Shown: positions 1 to 11,699 of the stretch, one piece after another
How the letters are laid out: the number at the start of each line of letters is the position of its first letter
How positions within the stretch are numbered: the stretch's first letter is position 1
NCBI RefSeq assembly: GCF_004010195.1
Contig: NC_057759.1
Location: 6,725,409-6,761,723, forward strand
Reading direction: 5' to 3'
Source of the DNA: Chiloscyllium plagiosum
Taxonomy: Eukaryota
Length of the DNA: 36,315 bases
The notes under the pieces: generated by a model
The model's input: only the letters and a program-made list of their open reading frames with translations
Database searches by the model: none
What the model was told of the DNA's origin: nothing
Position numbers and translations under genes: made by a program

Positions 1-463
1 ATTGAAGTGACTCAAATAAGAACTCTAGTTTCTCCCACTGTAAATGTCCAGTTATAAGAACCATTCAACAAACAAGTTGACCATTTTAAAAAAAAAGTTT
101 TGGTGTAACTTACTGCTGAGTAATGGAGTTTCAGAATCTGTTGACTGTCAAGATTCTTTCAAATTTGTTTTTATTTTAAAAAAACTGACTGTGATGGAAC
201 CAATAACATTTCTCAAGTCACAACCAACCTAGCCTTTTTCTAAGGTGCCTGCCTCCACCTTTCAAAACACTGTTAGTGGGAACTGAGACTTGGATATGGT
301 AGGTAAAAGATTTTAGCTGCTTACTGCTACAATATCAAAAGATATTCCCATTGTTGTTAGATCTGTAAAATCCTCTATCCACAGTGTTGTGTTGAACTTG
401 ATTATTGGTGCTCTCATTCTGCTGACAGTACACACATTTAATAAATGTCAGCAAATGCGTGAG

Positions 464-1196
464 CAATGTGTGAGCAAATGCGAGGTCTTGCACTTTGGGA
501 AAAAGAATAGAAGCATGGATTACTTTCTAAACGGTGAGAAAATTCATAAAGCCAAAGTACAGAGATATCTGGGAGTGCTAGTTGAGGATTCTGTAAAGGT
601 AAACATGCAGGTTGAGTCTGTGATTAAGAAAGCGAATGCAATGTTGTCATTTATCTCAAGAGGGTTGGAATATAAGAAGCACTGTTGTGCTACTGAGACT
701 TTATAAAGCTGTAGTTAGGCCCTGTTTGGAGAATGGTAGGTCTAACATATGAGGAATGGCTGAGGATCCTGGGATTGTATTCATTGGAGTTTAGAAGATT
801 AAGGGGAGATCTAATGGAAACTTACAAGATAATACATGGCTTGGAGAGGGTGGATGCTAGGAAATTGTTTCCATTAGGCAAGGAGACTAGGACCCGTGGA
901 CACAGCCTTAGAATTAGAGGGGGTAAATTCAGAACAGAAATGTGGAGACATTACTTCAGCCAGAGAGTGGTGGGCCTGTGGAATTCATTGCCGCAGAGTG
1001 CAGTGGAGGCTGGGGCGCTAAATGTTTTCAAGGCAGAAATTGATAAATTCTTGATGTCACAAGGAATTAAGGGTTATGGGGAGAATGCGGGTAAGTAGAG
1101 TTGAAATGCCCATCAGCCATGATTGAATGGTGGAGTGGACTCGATGGGCCGAATGGCCTTACTTCCGCTCCTATGTCTTATGGTGTAATGGTCTTA
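464..1196 (+). mobile_element. CR1-clade LINE, 5'-truncated 3' fragment (RT C-terminus and 3' UTR) with an internal deletion near 730
   Basis: ORFs 389-706 and 733-1098 carry CR1 ORF2 C-terminal motifs (KCEVLHFG, LGLYSLEFRRLRGDL, TRGHSL, FSQRVVGLWNSLP); ends in a short-repeat tail (cctatgtcttatggt). Confidence 0.92.
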
Positions 1197-1680
1197 AGTC
1201 CTAAACTCTCGTATGGGCACAACCAAAACTGACAGTCTTAGATTGATATCTGCTCTCACATATTCACATTGCAGCAACTGTACGGGAGAGAACAATAATC
1301 ATGGACACACCTATGACAGGTAAGGTTGATAACTAGACTAACACATTTGCATAGCAAAACCTGACAGGTACAGTAAGATAAATGAATTTGCACATTTATA
1401 AACAAGAAGTTGATATATACAAATTAATAACTGCACTCTCAGATGCACAAAGCAGAATCTGACAGGGACAAGTTGGTTAATAACTCACACATGCAGGTGG
1501 CAGTAAATTTCAGAGAAAGATTGATAACTACACATATTCATAAAGCAGAAATTGACTGGAATAGATTGATTATGCTTCCAATTTCAAATCACATAAATTG
1601 ACGTGTACACTTTGATAATGACACTCACATAATCACAGAGAAGAAACTGACAGGCAGAGATTGATAACAAAACAAACATT

Positions 1681-2248
1681 ACACAGGCCTGGCAGCATTT
1701 CAGGTCGAGTGACCAGTCTTCAGAACTGATGGTGGCAAAGATATTACACACAATGTGGTCTCCTCTATGTTGGGGAAACTGAGTGTAGATTGGATGTCCA
1801 CTGTGCAGAACACCTACATTTTGTCCAGACAAAAAGACCTTGTGCTTCCAGTTGCATGCCACTTCAACACACCACCCTGTTCCCTGTCTCAGGCTTGCTG
1901 TATTGCTCCAGTGAAGCTCAGTGTCAGCTAGAAGAACGGCACCCCATTTTCTGCTTGGAACCTCGACAGCCTTGTGGACTCAATATTGAGTTCAACAACT
2001 ACAGGGCTTGAGCTCTCCCATGTCATTACCCAAAACCCCACATGTTAACATATAGTCTGCTATTATACACCACCAATTGTTAGCCACTAATAGGCTATTC
2101 ACCCACTTAGTCTGACAGTTATCCACTCCTTTGTCTGTCCTACTGTTCTTCTCTTTCTTTGGACTCTATCTCCATCTGTCTTTTACTCGTCACCCTTCCA
2201 CTCACCCTATCTTCTGTATAAAACTAATATTTTCCTAGCTACCACCAG
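1681..2248 (+). mobile_element. Penelope-like element remnant: GIY-YIG endonuclease C-terminus, 3' region and an inverted 5' terminal-repeat fragment
   Basis: ~1748-2011 reads TQCGLLYVGETECRLDVHCAEHL..LPVACHFNTPPCS..SGLLYCSSEAQCQLEERHPIF..LNIEFNNYRA across frameshifts. ctgatggtggc near 1726 is the inverted counterpart of gctaccaccag near 2238. Confidence 0.85.
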
Positions 2249-2711
2249 AAAATACAGAAGTTTGAATACACCACCCAACAAACTCAAGAACAGCTTCTCT
2301 GCTGTTATCAGACTTTTGAATGAACTGCTCAAACTTTAAGGCAAAAGTGGGTACTGCAGATGCTGGAGATTAGAGTCAAGATTAGAGTGGTGGTGGAAAA
2401 GCACAGCAGGTCAGGCAGTATCCGAGGAGTAGGAATATCGACGTTTCAAACATTCCTAATGAAAGGCTTTTGCCCAAAACGTCGATTTTCCTGCTCCTCG
2501 GATGCTGCCTGACCTGCTGTGCTTTTCCACCACCACTCTAATCTTGCTCAATTTTTAACGTTAATCTCTGTCTCTTTGAAGGTTTGTATTGCGGATTCTG
2601 TTCTATTACCTTGATGCATTTTGTTAAATATTATCTGCCTGTAAAGTACACAAAACAATACTTTCCATTGTATCTCAGTGCGACTAAAATAATAAATCAG
2701 ATCAAATCAAA
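2247..2711 (+). mobile_element. Rex1/Babar-type LINE 3' end, split by a hairpin insertion
   Basis: 2247-2324 reads RKYRSLNTPPNKLKNSFSAVIRLLNE, resembling the Rex1 C-terminus; ends in aataataaa plus a (tcaaa)n-like tail. Confidence 0.7.
2340..2546. mobile_element. Palindromic Penelope-derived non-autonomous insertion with a decayed hammerhead core
   Basis: ~70-bp inverted arms at 2377-2446 and 2477-2546; CTAATGA at 2456 and AAAAC at 2476; imperfect 14-bp TSD at 2326-2339 and 2545-2558. Confidence 0.8.
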
Positions 2712-4247
2712 TTGATAACTACACTCTCAATCTGAGAGGTACAAGTTGATAACTACAGTCACACAAACTGACAGGAAAAGATGAATAAATACACTCAAAC
2801 ACTGACATTACAGACCCTGACACACAAAGATTGATAACTAAACTCTCACATTCACAAAGCAGAAACTGATAGCGACAGGTGAAAACTCAGCTCACACGTT
2901 CACATAGTCGAAACTGGAAGGATTGACAATTACACAAACATATTCACCAGGCAGAAACTGACAGCTACAGATTGACAACTATATTTATGTATTCACACAG
3001 CAGAGTCTGAAAGGTACAGATTGACAGTTACACTCACTTTGACAAAGAAGAAAATGACAGGTAGAGAATGGTAACTGTACTCCCACGTTCACATCGCTGA
3101 CAGTGACAACTACAGTTTGATTAATACACCCACATTCACCAGAGCAGAAGCTGATGGGTACTGATCAATAACTGTATTTGCATATTGACAGGTAAAAAAC
3201 TGACAAGGACAGATTGATATCTACACTGTCATATTGACATAGTAGAAACAGATTGACAATGACACTCTAGTGTCAAATAGCAAAACCTGACAGATACTGT
3301 TTGATAATTGCTCTCCCATATTGATATAGCTTAAACTTGCAGACAGCGATCAATATCGACATTCTCACAAAATAACAGATGGATACAAATTGATGACTGC
3401 ATTTAATATTCATACAGCAGAAACTGACAGGTAGAGACTAATATCGAAACTTGGATTCTCATAACTGAAATTGACAGGTTCAGGTTGATAACTACACTCT
3501 CAGACACACAGCAGAAACTGTTCAGGACAGATTGGTAAGCAAACAAACACATTCGCAGGGCAGAAACTGACAGGTATATATAGATAATTAAACTCGCATA
3601 TCCACATCTGAGAAACACATAGGGACTGATTCTGTTTATTTAAAATGTATGAAATGTATTTATCAACTAGTCCCTGGCAGTTGCCTCTATGTGGATACAC
3701 GAGTTCAGTTATCAATCTTCACCTGTAGGTTTATGCGATGTGAATGTATGAGTGCAGTTATCAGTCTATCCCTATTTGTCTCTTTGATGAGAAAATGCAA
3801 ATATATTTACCAGAGAGTAACAGCGACAGATTGATAACTGCATTCACTCGCATATTTGTACAGATTTTGCTGATTGATAATTACAGTTTGATAATTACAC
3901 TCCGATATTCACAGAGCAGCATTTAACAGGTACATCTTGATAATTGTCTCCACACATTCACTGAGCAAGACCTTACCACTACAGATAGATGAGGAAACTT
4001 TCATATCCAGACACGCACTTGCATTAGATGATCCCATTTGTAGGGGTGTTGGTTAGTATCTGGTTCGCAGTGAATTGGTACAGATTATTTTGATACAGTC
4101 ACCAAAAAGCAGCTCAGGCCAAGAATAGAATCAGACCTATGGTCCTGTTGGAATTGCTGTCTTGAAGGAAGAACAGCCTAATGATTATTAAATTATTTCA
4201 TTGACTTAATGTTGATTTAAGATGATGTCTCTTCTGTCTTCCTCCAG

Positions 4248-4329
4248 ACAATTACTTGAAGGACCAAGACAGTGTAATATGTCCTCAGTACAAAGCCAAG
4301 TGTGATCATTTTATTCTAACAAACAACAG
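4248..4329 (+). other. Candidate 82-nt exon (paralog of 20045-20126 and 15597-15651)
   Basis: Acceptor cttctgtcttcctccag| and donor cag|gtatgt; open in phase 1 to 2 as (D)NYLKDQDSVICPQYKAKCDHFILTNN. Confidence 0.5.
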
Positions 4330-4526
4330 GTATGTTACTGCTGTCAGACTGAAGAGCATCCTTTCCATAGTTATAGAGCAGGTTGAATTAGACACACATT
4401 AACTCAATTTCCAGAGAGAAATTTTCAAATCATGAGTCAGATATCACGGAGGAATTATAATTTTTTTTCTTTCTCACCATTCTTTATGTACACTATCCCA
4501 CTTCGAATAATTGTTATAGTTCACAG

Positions 4527-5742
4527 CCATAGAGTTATAGAGATGTACAGCACAGAATCAGACCATTCGGTCTGACTCATCCATGCCAACTAGATATCCG
4601 AAACGAATCACGTCCCATTTGCCAACACTCGTGCCGTTTGCCAGCACTTGGCCCATAATCCCTCTAAACCGTTCTTATTCATGTATGCATCCAGATGCCT
4701 TTTAAATGTTGGAATTGTTCCAGCTTCCACCACTTCCTCTGGCAGCTCATTCCATACACACACCACCACCTGCATAGAAACGTTTCCCCTTTGGTCCTTT
4801 TTAAATCTTGCCCCTCTCACCTGAAACCTATGCTCTCTAGTTCTGGACTCCCCCACCCCAGGGAAAATACCTTGTCTATTTAGCCTATCCATGATCCTCC
4901 TGATTTTATAATCTCTATAAGGTCACCCCCTCAGCCTCCAACACTCCAGGAAAAACAGTCCCAGCCTCTTCAGCCTGTCCCTTTCACTCAAACACTCCAA
5001 CCCTAGTAACAATCTTATAAATCTCTTCTGAATGTTTCAAGTTTCACAACATCCTTCCAATAGGAAGGAGATCAGAATTGCACACAATATTACAAAAGCG
5101 GCTGAACCAATTACCTGTACAGCCTCAACATGACGTCCAAACCCCTATACTCTATGCTCAGACCAATAAAGAACAGCATACTAAATGCTTTCTTCATTAT
5201 CCTATCGACCGGCGACTTCACTTTCAAGGAACGATGAACCTGCACTCCAAAGTCTCTTTGTTCAGCAATACGCCCCAGGACCTTACCGTTAAGTGTATAA
5301 CTCCTACGTTGGTTTGCCTTTCCAAAATGCAGCACCTCAAATTTATCTGAATTAAATACAATCTGCCACTGCTCAGCCCAGAGCCCCACCTGATCAAGAT
5401 CCTGTGTACTCTGAGGGAACCTTCTTTGCTGTCCACTACACCGCCAATTTTGGTGTCATCTGCAAAAGTTTATGCTCACATTCAAATCATTCTTATAAAT
5501 GATAAAAAGCAGTGTACCCTGCACCGATCCTTGTGGTATACCACTGATCACTGGTGTCCAGTCTGAAATATAACCCTCCACAACCACCCTCTGTCTTCCA
5601 CGTTCAAATCAACTCTGTGTCCAAATTGCTAGTTCTCCCCGATTTTGTGATCTAACTTTGTAAACCAGACTACAATGAGGAAACTTGTTAAACATCTTAC
5701 TGAAGTCCATATAGATCCCATCCAACGCTCTACTCTCATCAA
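4527..5742 (-). mobile_element. Decayed CR1 LINE, 3' part
   Basis: Minus-strand ORFs 4608-4892 and 5111-5389 (VWNELPEEVVEAGT, KFEVLHFGKAN, DFGVQVH); tail at the left end. Confidence 0.9.
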
Positions 5743-5744
5743 TC

Positions 5745-7609
5745 ATCGAGTCAAAGAGATGTACAGCATGGAAACAGGCCCTTCAGTCCAACTTACCATG
5801 CCGACCAGCTACCCCAACCCAATCTAGTCCCATGTGCCAACACTCAGCCCATATCCCTCCAAACTCTTCCTATTCATATACCCATTCAGATGCTTTTTAA
5901 AAGTTGCAATTGTACTCACCTCCACCACTTCCTCTGGCAGCTCATTCCATGCATGTACCACCCTCTGCATGAAAACCTTTCCACTTAGGTCGCTTTTATG
6001 TCTTTTCCATTTTTTCCTAAACCTATTCCCTCTAGTTCTGGACTTCCCCATCCCAGGGAACATAACTTTTCCATGTCACTCTTGATTTTATAAACCTCTG
6101 TAAGGTCACTCCTCAGCCTCCGATGCTCCAGGGACAACAGTCCCAGCCTATTCAACCTCTCCGAGCCTAAATCCTCTAACCCTGGCAACATTCTTGTTAA
6201 TCTTTTCTGAACCCTTTCAAGTTTGACAGCATCCTTCTGATAGGAAGGAGACCAGAACTGTATGCAATATTCCAACAGTGGCCTAACCAATGTCCTGTAC
6301 AGCCGCAACATGTACTCAAAAGTCTGACCAATAAAGAACAGCATACCAAATACCTTCTTCACTATCTTATTTACCTGCGACTCTACTTTCAGGGAACTAT
6401 GCACCTGCACTCCAAAGTCTCTTTGTTCAGCAACACTCCCTAGGAGTTTAACATTAAGTCCTGCTAAGATTTGCTTTCTCAAAATGCAGCACCTTGCATT
6501 TATCTGAATTAAACTCCATCTGCCACTTCTCAGCCATTTGCCCATCTGATCAACATCCTTTTGTAATCTGAGGTAACCTTCTTCGCTGTCCACGACACTC
6601 TAATTTTGATGTCATCTGCAAATTTACTTACTATACCTCCTATGCTCACATCCAAATCATTTATATAAATGACAAAAAGTATTGGACCCAGCACTCTACT
6701 GGTCACTGGCCTCCAATCTTAAAAACAATCCTCCATTACCACCCTCTCTCTTCTATATTTGAGCCAGTTCTGTATACAAATGGCAAGTTCTCCCTGTATT
6801 CCATAAGATCGATCTTTGTTAACCAGTGTCCCATGGGGAAATCCTCTTCGTTACTTATTCAAAAATCTCAATTTAGTTTGTGTGTCATGGTTTCCCATGC
6901 ACAAAACCATGTTCACTGTCCCGAGTCAGTCCTTGACTGTCGAAATACGTGTAAGTTCTGTCCCTCCAACATCTTGCCAACACTGATGGCAGGCTCACCA
7001 GCCTAAAGTTCCCTGGCTTTTCCTTATCACCTTTCTTAAATAGTAGCACCATGTTAGCCAACCTCTAGTCTTCTGGCACCTCACCTGTGACTATCCATGT
7101 TAAAAATATCTCGGCAAGGGACACACCAAACACTTCCGTAACTTCCCAAAGAGTTCTATGATATGCCTGATCAGGTCCTGGGGATTTAATCACCTTCATG
7201 CATTTCAAGACGTCCACTACTTCTTCCTCTGTAATATGAACATCTTTCAAGATGTCACCATCTATTTCCCCCCATTCTATATCTTCCATGTCCTTCTCCA
7301 CAGTAAACAGTGATGCAAAATACTCTTTTAGTATCTCCCCCATCTTCTGTGGCTACACAAAAAGGCCACCTTGCTGATCATTGAGGGGCCCTAATCTCTC
7401 CCTCGTTACCCTTTTTGTCCTTGATGTATTCATAAAATCCCTTGGGATTCTCCTTAACCCTAATTTCCAAAGCTTTCTCATGTCCCCTTTTTGTCCTCCT
7501 GATTTCCCTCTACATATACTCCTACTGCCTTTCCCTCTTCTAAGGATTCACTCGATCTCTGCTGTCTATACTTGACATATGTTTCCTTCTTTCTCTGGAC
7601 CAAAACCTC
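5745..7609 (-). mobile_element. Second decayed CR1 LINE (RT region), running into the assembly gap
   Basis: ORFs 5824-6063, 5985-6593 (LYRTLVRPLLEYCIQFWSP) and 7065-7343 (KSPGPDQ). Confidence 0.9.
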
Positions 7610-8109
7610 NNNNNNNNNNNNNNNNNNNNNNNNNNNNNNNNNNNNNNNNNNNNNNNNNNNNNNNNNNNNNNNNNNNNNNNNNNNNNNNNNNNNNNNNNNN
7701 NNNNNNNNNNNNNNNNNNNNNNNNNNNNNNNNNNNNNNNNNNNNNNNNNNNNNNNNNNNNNNNNNNNNNNNNNNNNNNNNNNNNNNNNNNNNNNNNNNNN
7801 NNNNNNNNNNNNNNNNNNNNNNNNNNNNNNNNNNNNNNNNNNNNNNNNNNNNNNNNNNNNNNNNNNNNNNNNNNNNNNNNNNNNNNNNNNNNNNNNNNNN
7901 NNNNNNNNNNNNNNNNNNNNNNNNNNNNNNNNNNNNNNNNNNNNNNNNNNNNNNNNNNNNNNNNNNNNNNNNNNNNNNNNNNNNNNNNNNNNNNNNNNNN
8001 NNNNNNNNNNNNNNNNNNNNNNNNNNNNNNNNNNNNNNNNNNNNNNNNNNNNNNNNNNNNNNNNNNNNNNNNNNNNNNNNNNNNNNNNNNNNNNNNNNNN
8101 NNNNNNNNN
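7610..8109. other. Assembly gap (500 N)
   Basis: Run of N. Confidence 1.
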
Positions 8110-10716
8110 ATTCCATGTTCTCACAACTCTCTGTGTAAAGAACCCATCTCTGACATCCCCTCTATACTTTCCTCCAACCAGCTTAAAACTATGACCCCTC
8201 GTGTTAGCCCTGGGAAATAGTCTCTGGCTATTGACTCTATCTATGCCTCTCATTATCTTGTATACCTCAATTAGGTCCCCTCTCCTCCTCCTTTTCTCCA
8301 ATGAAAAATGTCCGAGCTCAATCAACCTCTCTTTGTAAGATAAGCCCTCCAGTTCAGGCAGCATCTTGTTAAACCTCTTCTGAACCCTCTCCAAAGCATC
8401 CACATCTTTCCTATAATAGGGCAACCAGAACTGGATGCAGTATTCCAAATGCGGTCGAACTAAAGTTTTATAGAGCTGCAACAAGATCTCACGACTCTTA
8501 AACTCAATCCCCCTGTTAATGAAAGCCAAAACACTTGGGTGGCCATTTTAAGGGATCTGTGTACCTGCACACCAAGATCCCTCTGTTCCTCCACACTGCC
8601 AAGAATCCTATCCTTAATCCTGTACTCAGCTTTCAAATTCGACCTTCCAAAATGCAACACCTCACATTTATCCAGGTTGAACTCCATCTGTCACCTCTCA
8701 GCCCATCTCTGCATCCTGTCAATGTCCCGCTGCAGCCTACAACAGCCCTCTATACTGTCAACAACACCTCCAACGTTTGTGTCGTCTGCAAACTTGCTGA
8801 CCCATCCTTCAATCCCCTCATCCAAGTCATTAATAAAAATTACAAACAGTCGAGGCCCAAGGACAGACCCCTGTGGAAAACCACTCACCACAAACTTCCA
8901 GGCAGAATATTTTCCTTCTACTACCACTCGCTGTCTTCTGTTGGCCAGCCAATTCTGTATCCAGACAGCTATGTTCCCCTGAATCCCATTCCTCCTGCTC
9001 TTCTGAATGAGCCTACCATGAGGAACCTTATCAAATGCCTTGCTGAAGTCCATATACACCACATCCACAGCTCGGCCCTCATCAACCTTTCTAGTCATAT
9101 CCTCAAAGAACTCGATAAGGTTTGTGAGGCATGACCTGCCCCTCACAAAGCCATGTTGACTGCATTTAATCAAGCCATGCTCTTCGAGATGGTCATAAAT
9201 CCTATCCCTCAGAATCCTTTCTAGCACCTTGCAGACGACAGACGTGAGACTTACTGGTTGCAATTGCCGGGGATTTCCCTATTTCCTTTCTTGAAGAGAG
9301 ATATTACATTTGCCTCTCTCCAGACCTCAGGTACGACTCCAATGGAGAGCAAGGATGCAAAGATCTTCACAAGTGGCGAAGCAACTGCATTTCTCGTTTC
9401 CCAAAGCAGCCGAGAACAAATCTGGTCCGGGCCTGGTGACTTGTCAATCTTAATATTTGACAAAATTTTCAGCACATTAGCTTCCTCTATATCTATAAGG
9501 TTTCATTCACTACAAAGTTCATTCCTTTTGTAAAGACAGAAGCAAAAAACTCATTTAGGGCTTCCCCTACCTCCTCAGACTCCACACACAAGTTCCCTAT
9601 GCTATCCCTGATCGGCCCTACTCTTTCTTTGACCATTCTCTTATTCCTCACATAAGTGTAAAATGCTTTTGTGTTCTCCCTAATCCGTTCTGCCAAGCCT
9701 TTCTCGTGTCCTCTCCTGGCTCTCCTCAGACCATTTTTGAACTCCTTCCTCGCCTGCCTGTAATCCTGTAGAGCTGAGCTTCACCATAGCTTCCTCCACC
9801 TTATGTAAGCTACCTTCTTCCTTTTGACAAGAAGCTCCACCGCTCTCATCATCCAAGGTTCCTTTATCTTACCACTTCTTGTCTGTCTCAGAGGGACATA
9901 TTTATTCATCACTTGCAACAACTGTTCCTTAAACAGTCTCCACATGTCTATAGTGTCTTTACCATGCAATAATTGCTCCCAATCCATGCTTCCTAACTCA
10001 TGTCTAATCGCATCATAGTTTCCTCTTCCCCAATTAAATATCTTCCCATTTTGCCTAATCCTCTCCTTCTCCATAGCTATGTAGAATGTGAGGCAGTTGT
10101 GGTCACTATCAACAAAATGCTCTCCCACAAGATCTGATACCTGCCACGGCTCGTTTCCAAGCACCAAGTCTAGAATGGCCTCTCCCCTTGTCGGCCTGTC
10201 AACGTACTGAGTTAGGAAACCCTCCTGAACACACCTTACAAAAACAGCTCCATTCAAATCTTCTGCTCGAAGGAGGTTCCAATCAATATTGGGAAAGTTA
10301 AAGTCACCCATTACAACAACCCTACTACATCCACACTTTTCCAAAATCTGCCGACCTATGCTTTCTTCCATCTCCCTGCTGCTATTGGGGGGCCTGTAGT
10401 AAACCCCTAACGAGGTGACTGCTGCCTTGCTGTTCCTAATTTCCACCCATACTGACTCGGAAGGCAGATCTTCCTCGACATTGGAAGCTTCTGTAGCTGT
10501 GATACCCTCTCTGATTAGTAGTGCTACACCCCCTCCTCTTTTTCCCCCCTCCCTATTCTTTTTAAATGCTCTAAACCCTGGAACATCCAGCAACCATTCA
10601 TGCCCCTGAGAAACCCATGTCTCTGTTATGGCTACAATATTATAGCACCAGGTACTGATCCATGCTCTAAGTTCATCACTTTTATTCCTGATACTCCTTG
10701 CATTAAAGCAACACAC
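8110..10716 (-). pseudogene. CR1 ORF2 (apurinic endonuclease and reverse transcriptase), disrupted
   Basis: APE in 9781-10716 (FNARSI, ITETW, GDFNFPNIDW, LDLVL, SDHN); RT in 8691-9263 (YMDFSKAFDKVPH, PQGSVLGP, FADD); C-terminus LYKTLVRPHLEYCIQFW. Confidence 0.93.
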
Positions 10717-10827
10717 TTTAACTGATCCTTTGGTTCCTTCCCAGGAAAATCCTTCTCACTAGCTGGTCTACCTCTTGCTATTGCCTCATCTGCATCAACT
10801 CTCACCTCCGGTATACAGCTCAGGTTC

Positions 10828-11699
10828 TCACCGCCCCCTGCCATACCAGTTTAAACTCTCTCGAACTACTCGAGCAAACCTTCCACCCAGGACATTGGTC
10901 CCCTTCCAGTTCAGATGCAACCCATCCTTCTTGAACAGGTCCCACCTTCCCCAGAAGGCATCCCAATTATCTACATATCTGAAGCCCTCCCTCCTACACC
11001 AGCTGCACAGCCACGTGTTAAGCTGTGCCTGCTCCCTGTTCCTCGCTTCACTATCTCGTGGCACTGGTAGTAAACTAGAGAACACTACTCTGTTCGTCCT
11101 GCTTTGCAGCTTTCATCCTAACTCCCTGAAATCACTTTTTATATCCTCGATCCTTTTCCTGGCTATATCATTAGTGCCAATATGTAACACGATTTCTGGC
11201 TGTTTGCCCTCCCCTTTTAGAACCTTACACACTCAATCGGAGATGTCCCGGACCCTGGTACCAGGGAGGCAACATACCTTCCGGGAATCCCAATCCTGAC
11301 CACAAAATCTCCTGTCGATTCCCCTAACTATCGAGTCCCCTACCACGAGTACTTTTCTATTCTGCCCCCTTCCCTTCTTTGCCGCAGTGTCAGGCTCAGT
11401 GCCAGAGAACTGACTACTATAGCTATCCTCTGGTAGGTCATCCCCCCAGCAGTATCCAAAATGGTATACTTATTGCTGAGGGGAATGTCCACAGGGGATC
11501 TCTGCACTGTCTGTCTGTCTCCTTTCCTCCCCCTAACTGTAACCTATCTATTCTTGTCCTGAGCCTTAGGAGTGACCAACTCCCAGTAACTCCTCTCAAT
11601 TACCTCCTCAGCCTCCCAAATGATCCGTAGTTCATCCAGCTCCAGCTCCAATTCCCTAACACGGTTTTCAAGGAGCTGGAGTTGGGTGCACTTCCCACA
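10828..11699 (-). pseudogene. CR1 ORF1 with SGNH/GDSL esterase domain; 5' part interrupted by an HE1 SINE
   Basis: ORF 10828-11085: SSLLPVPR..LNTWLCSWCRREGFRYVDNWDAFWGRWDLFKKDGLHLNWKG (DxxH motif). Upstream boundary approximate. Confidence 0.85.

Larger units (their letters stand above)
1199..3990 (+). repeat. Degenerate ~49-bp minisatellite (consensus near gattgataactacactcacacattcacacagcagaaactgacaggtaca), interrupted by TEs at 1681-2711
   Basis: gcagaaactg-like motif recurs at 2951, 3000 and 3047; many copies of gattgataact and ctgacagg. Confidence 0.85.
1199..7609 (+). repeat. Segmental duplication, copy A (paralog of 17392-23036)
   Basis: Colinear match by eye from tcctaaactctcgtatgg (1199/17392) to ggaccaaaacctc (7609/23036). 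Same order of minisatellite, Penelope, Rex1, hairpin, exon and two CR1s; several indels of 200-400 bp. Confidence 0.95.

Noticed and set aside
2340..2546. Hairpin as a pre-miRNA, or as an active hammerhead ribozyme
   Set aside because: The TSD and multi-copy nature indicate a TE; the core has G>A changes (CTAATGA, AAAAC) in both copies.
2711..3990. Repeat array as a CRISPR-like locus or zinc-finger coding repeat
   Set aside because: Vertebrate context, whole units are homologous with no unique spacers, the ~49-bp period is not a multiple of 3, and frames contain stops.
7478..8220. Long ORFs spanning the first N gap (and 29300-29938 at the second)
   Set aside because: They stay open only because N translates to X.
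8535..11299. + strand ORFs 8535-9134, 8539-8982 and 10775-11299 (also 12364-12858 and 31859-32341)
   Set aside because: Antisense shadows of CR1 coding sequence with no independent motifs.
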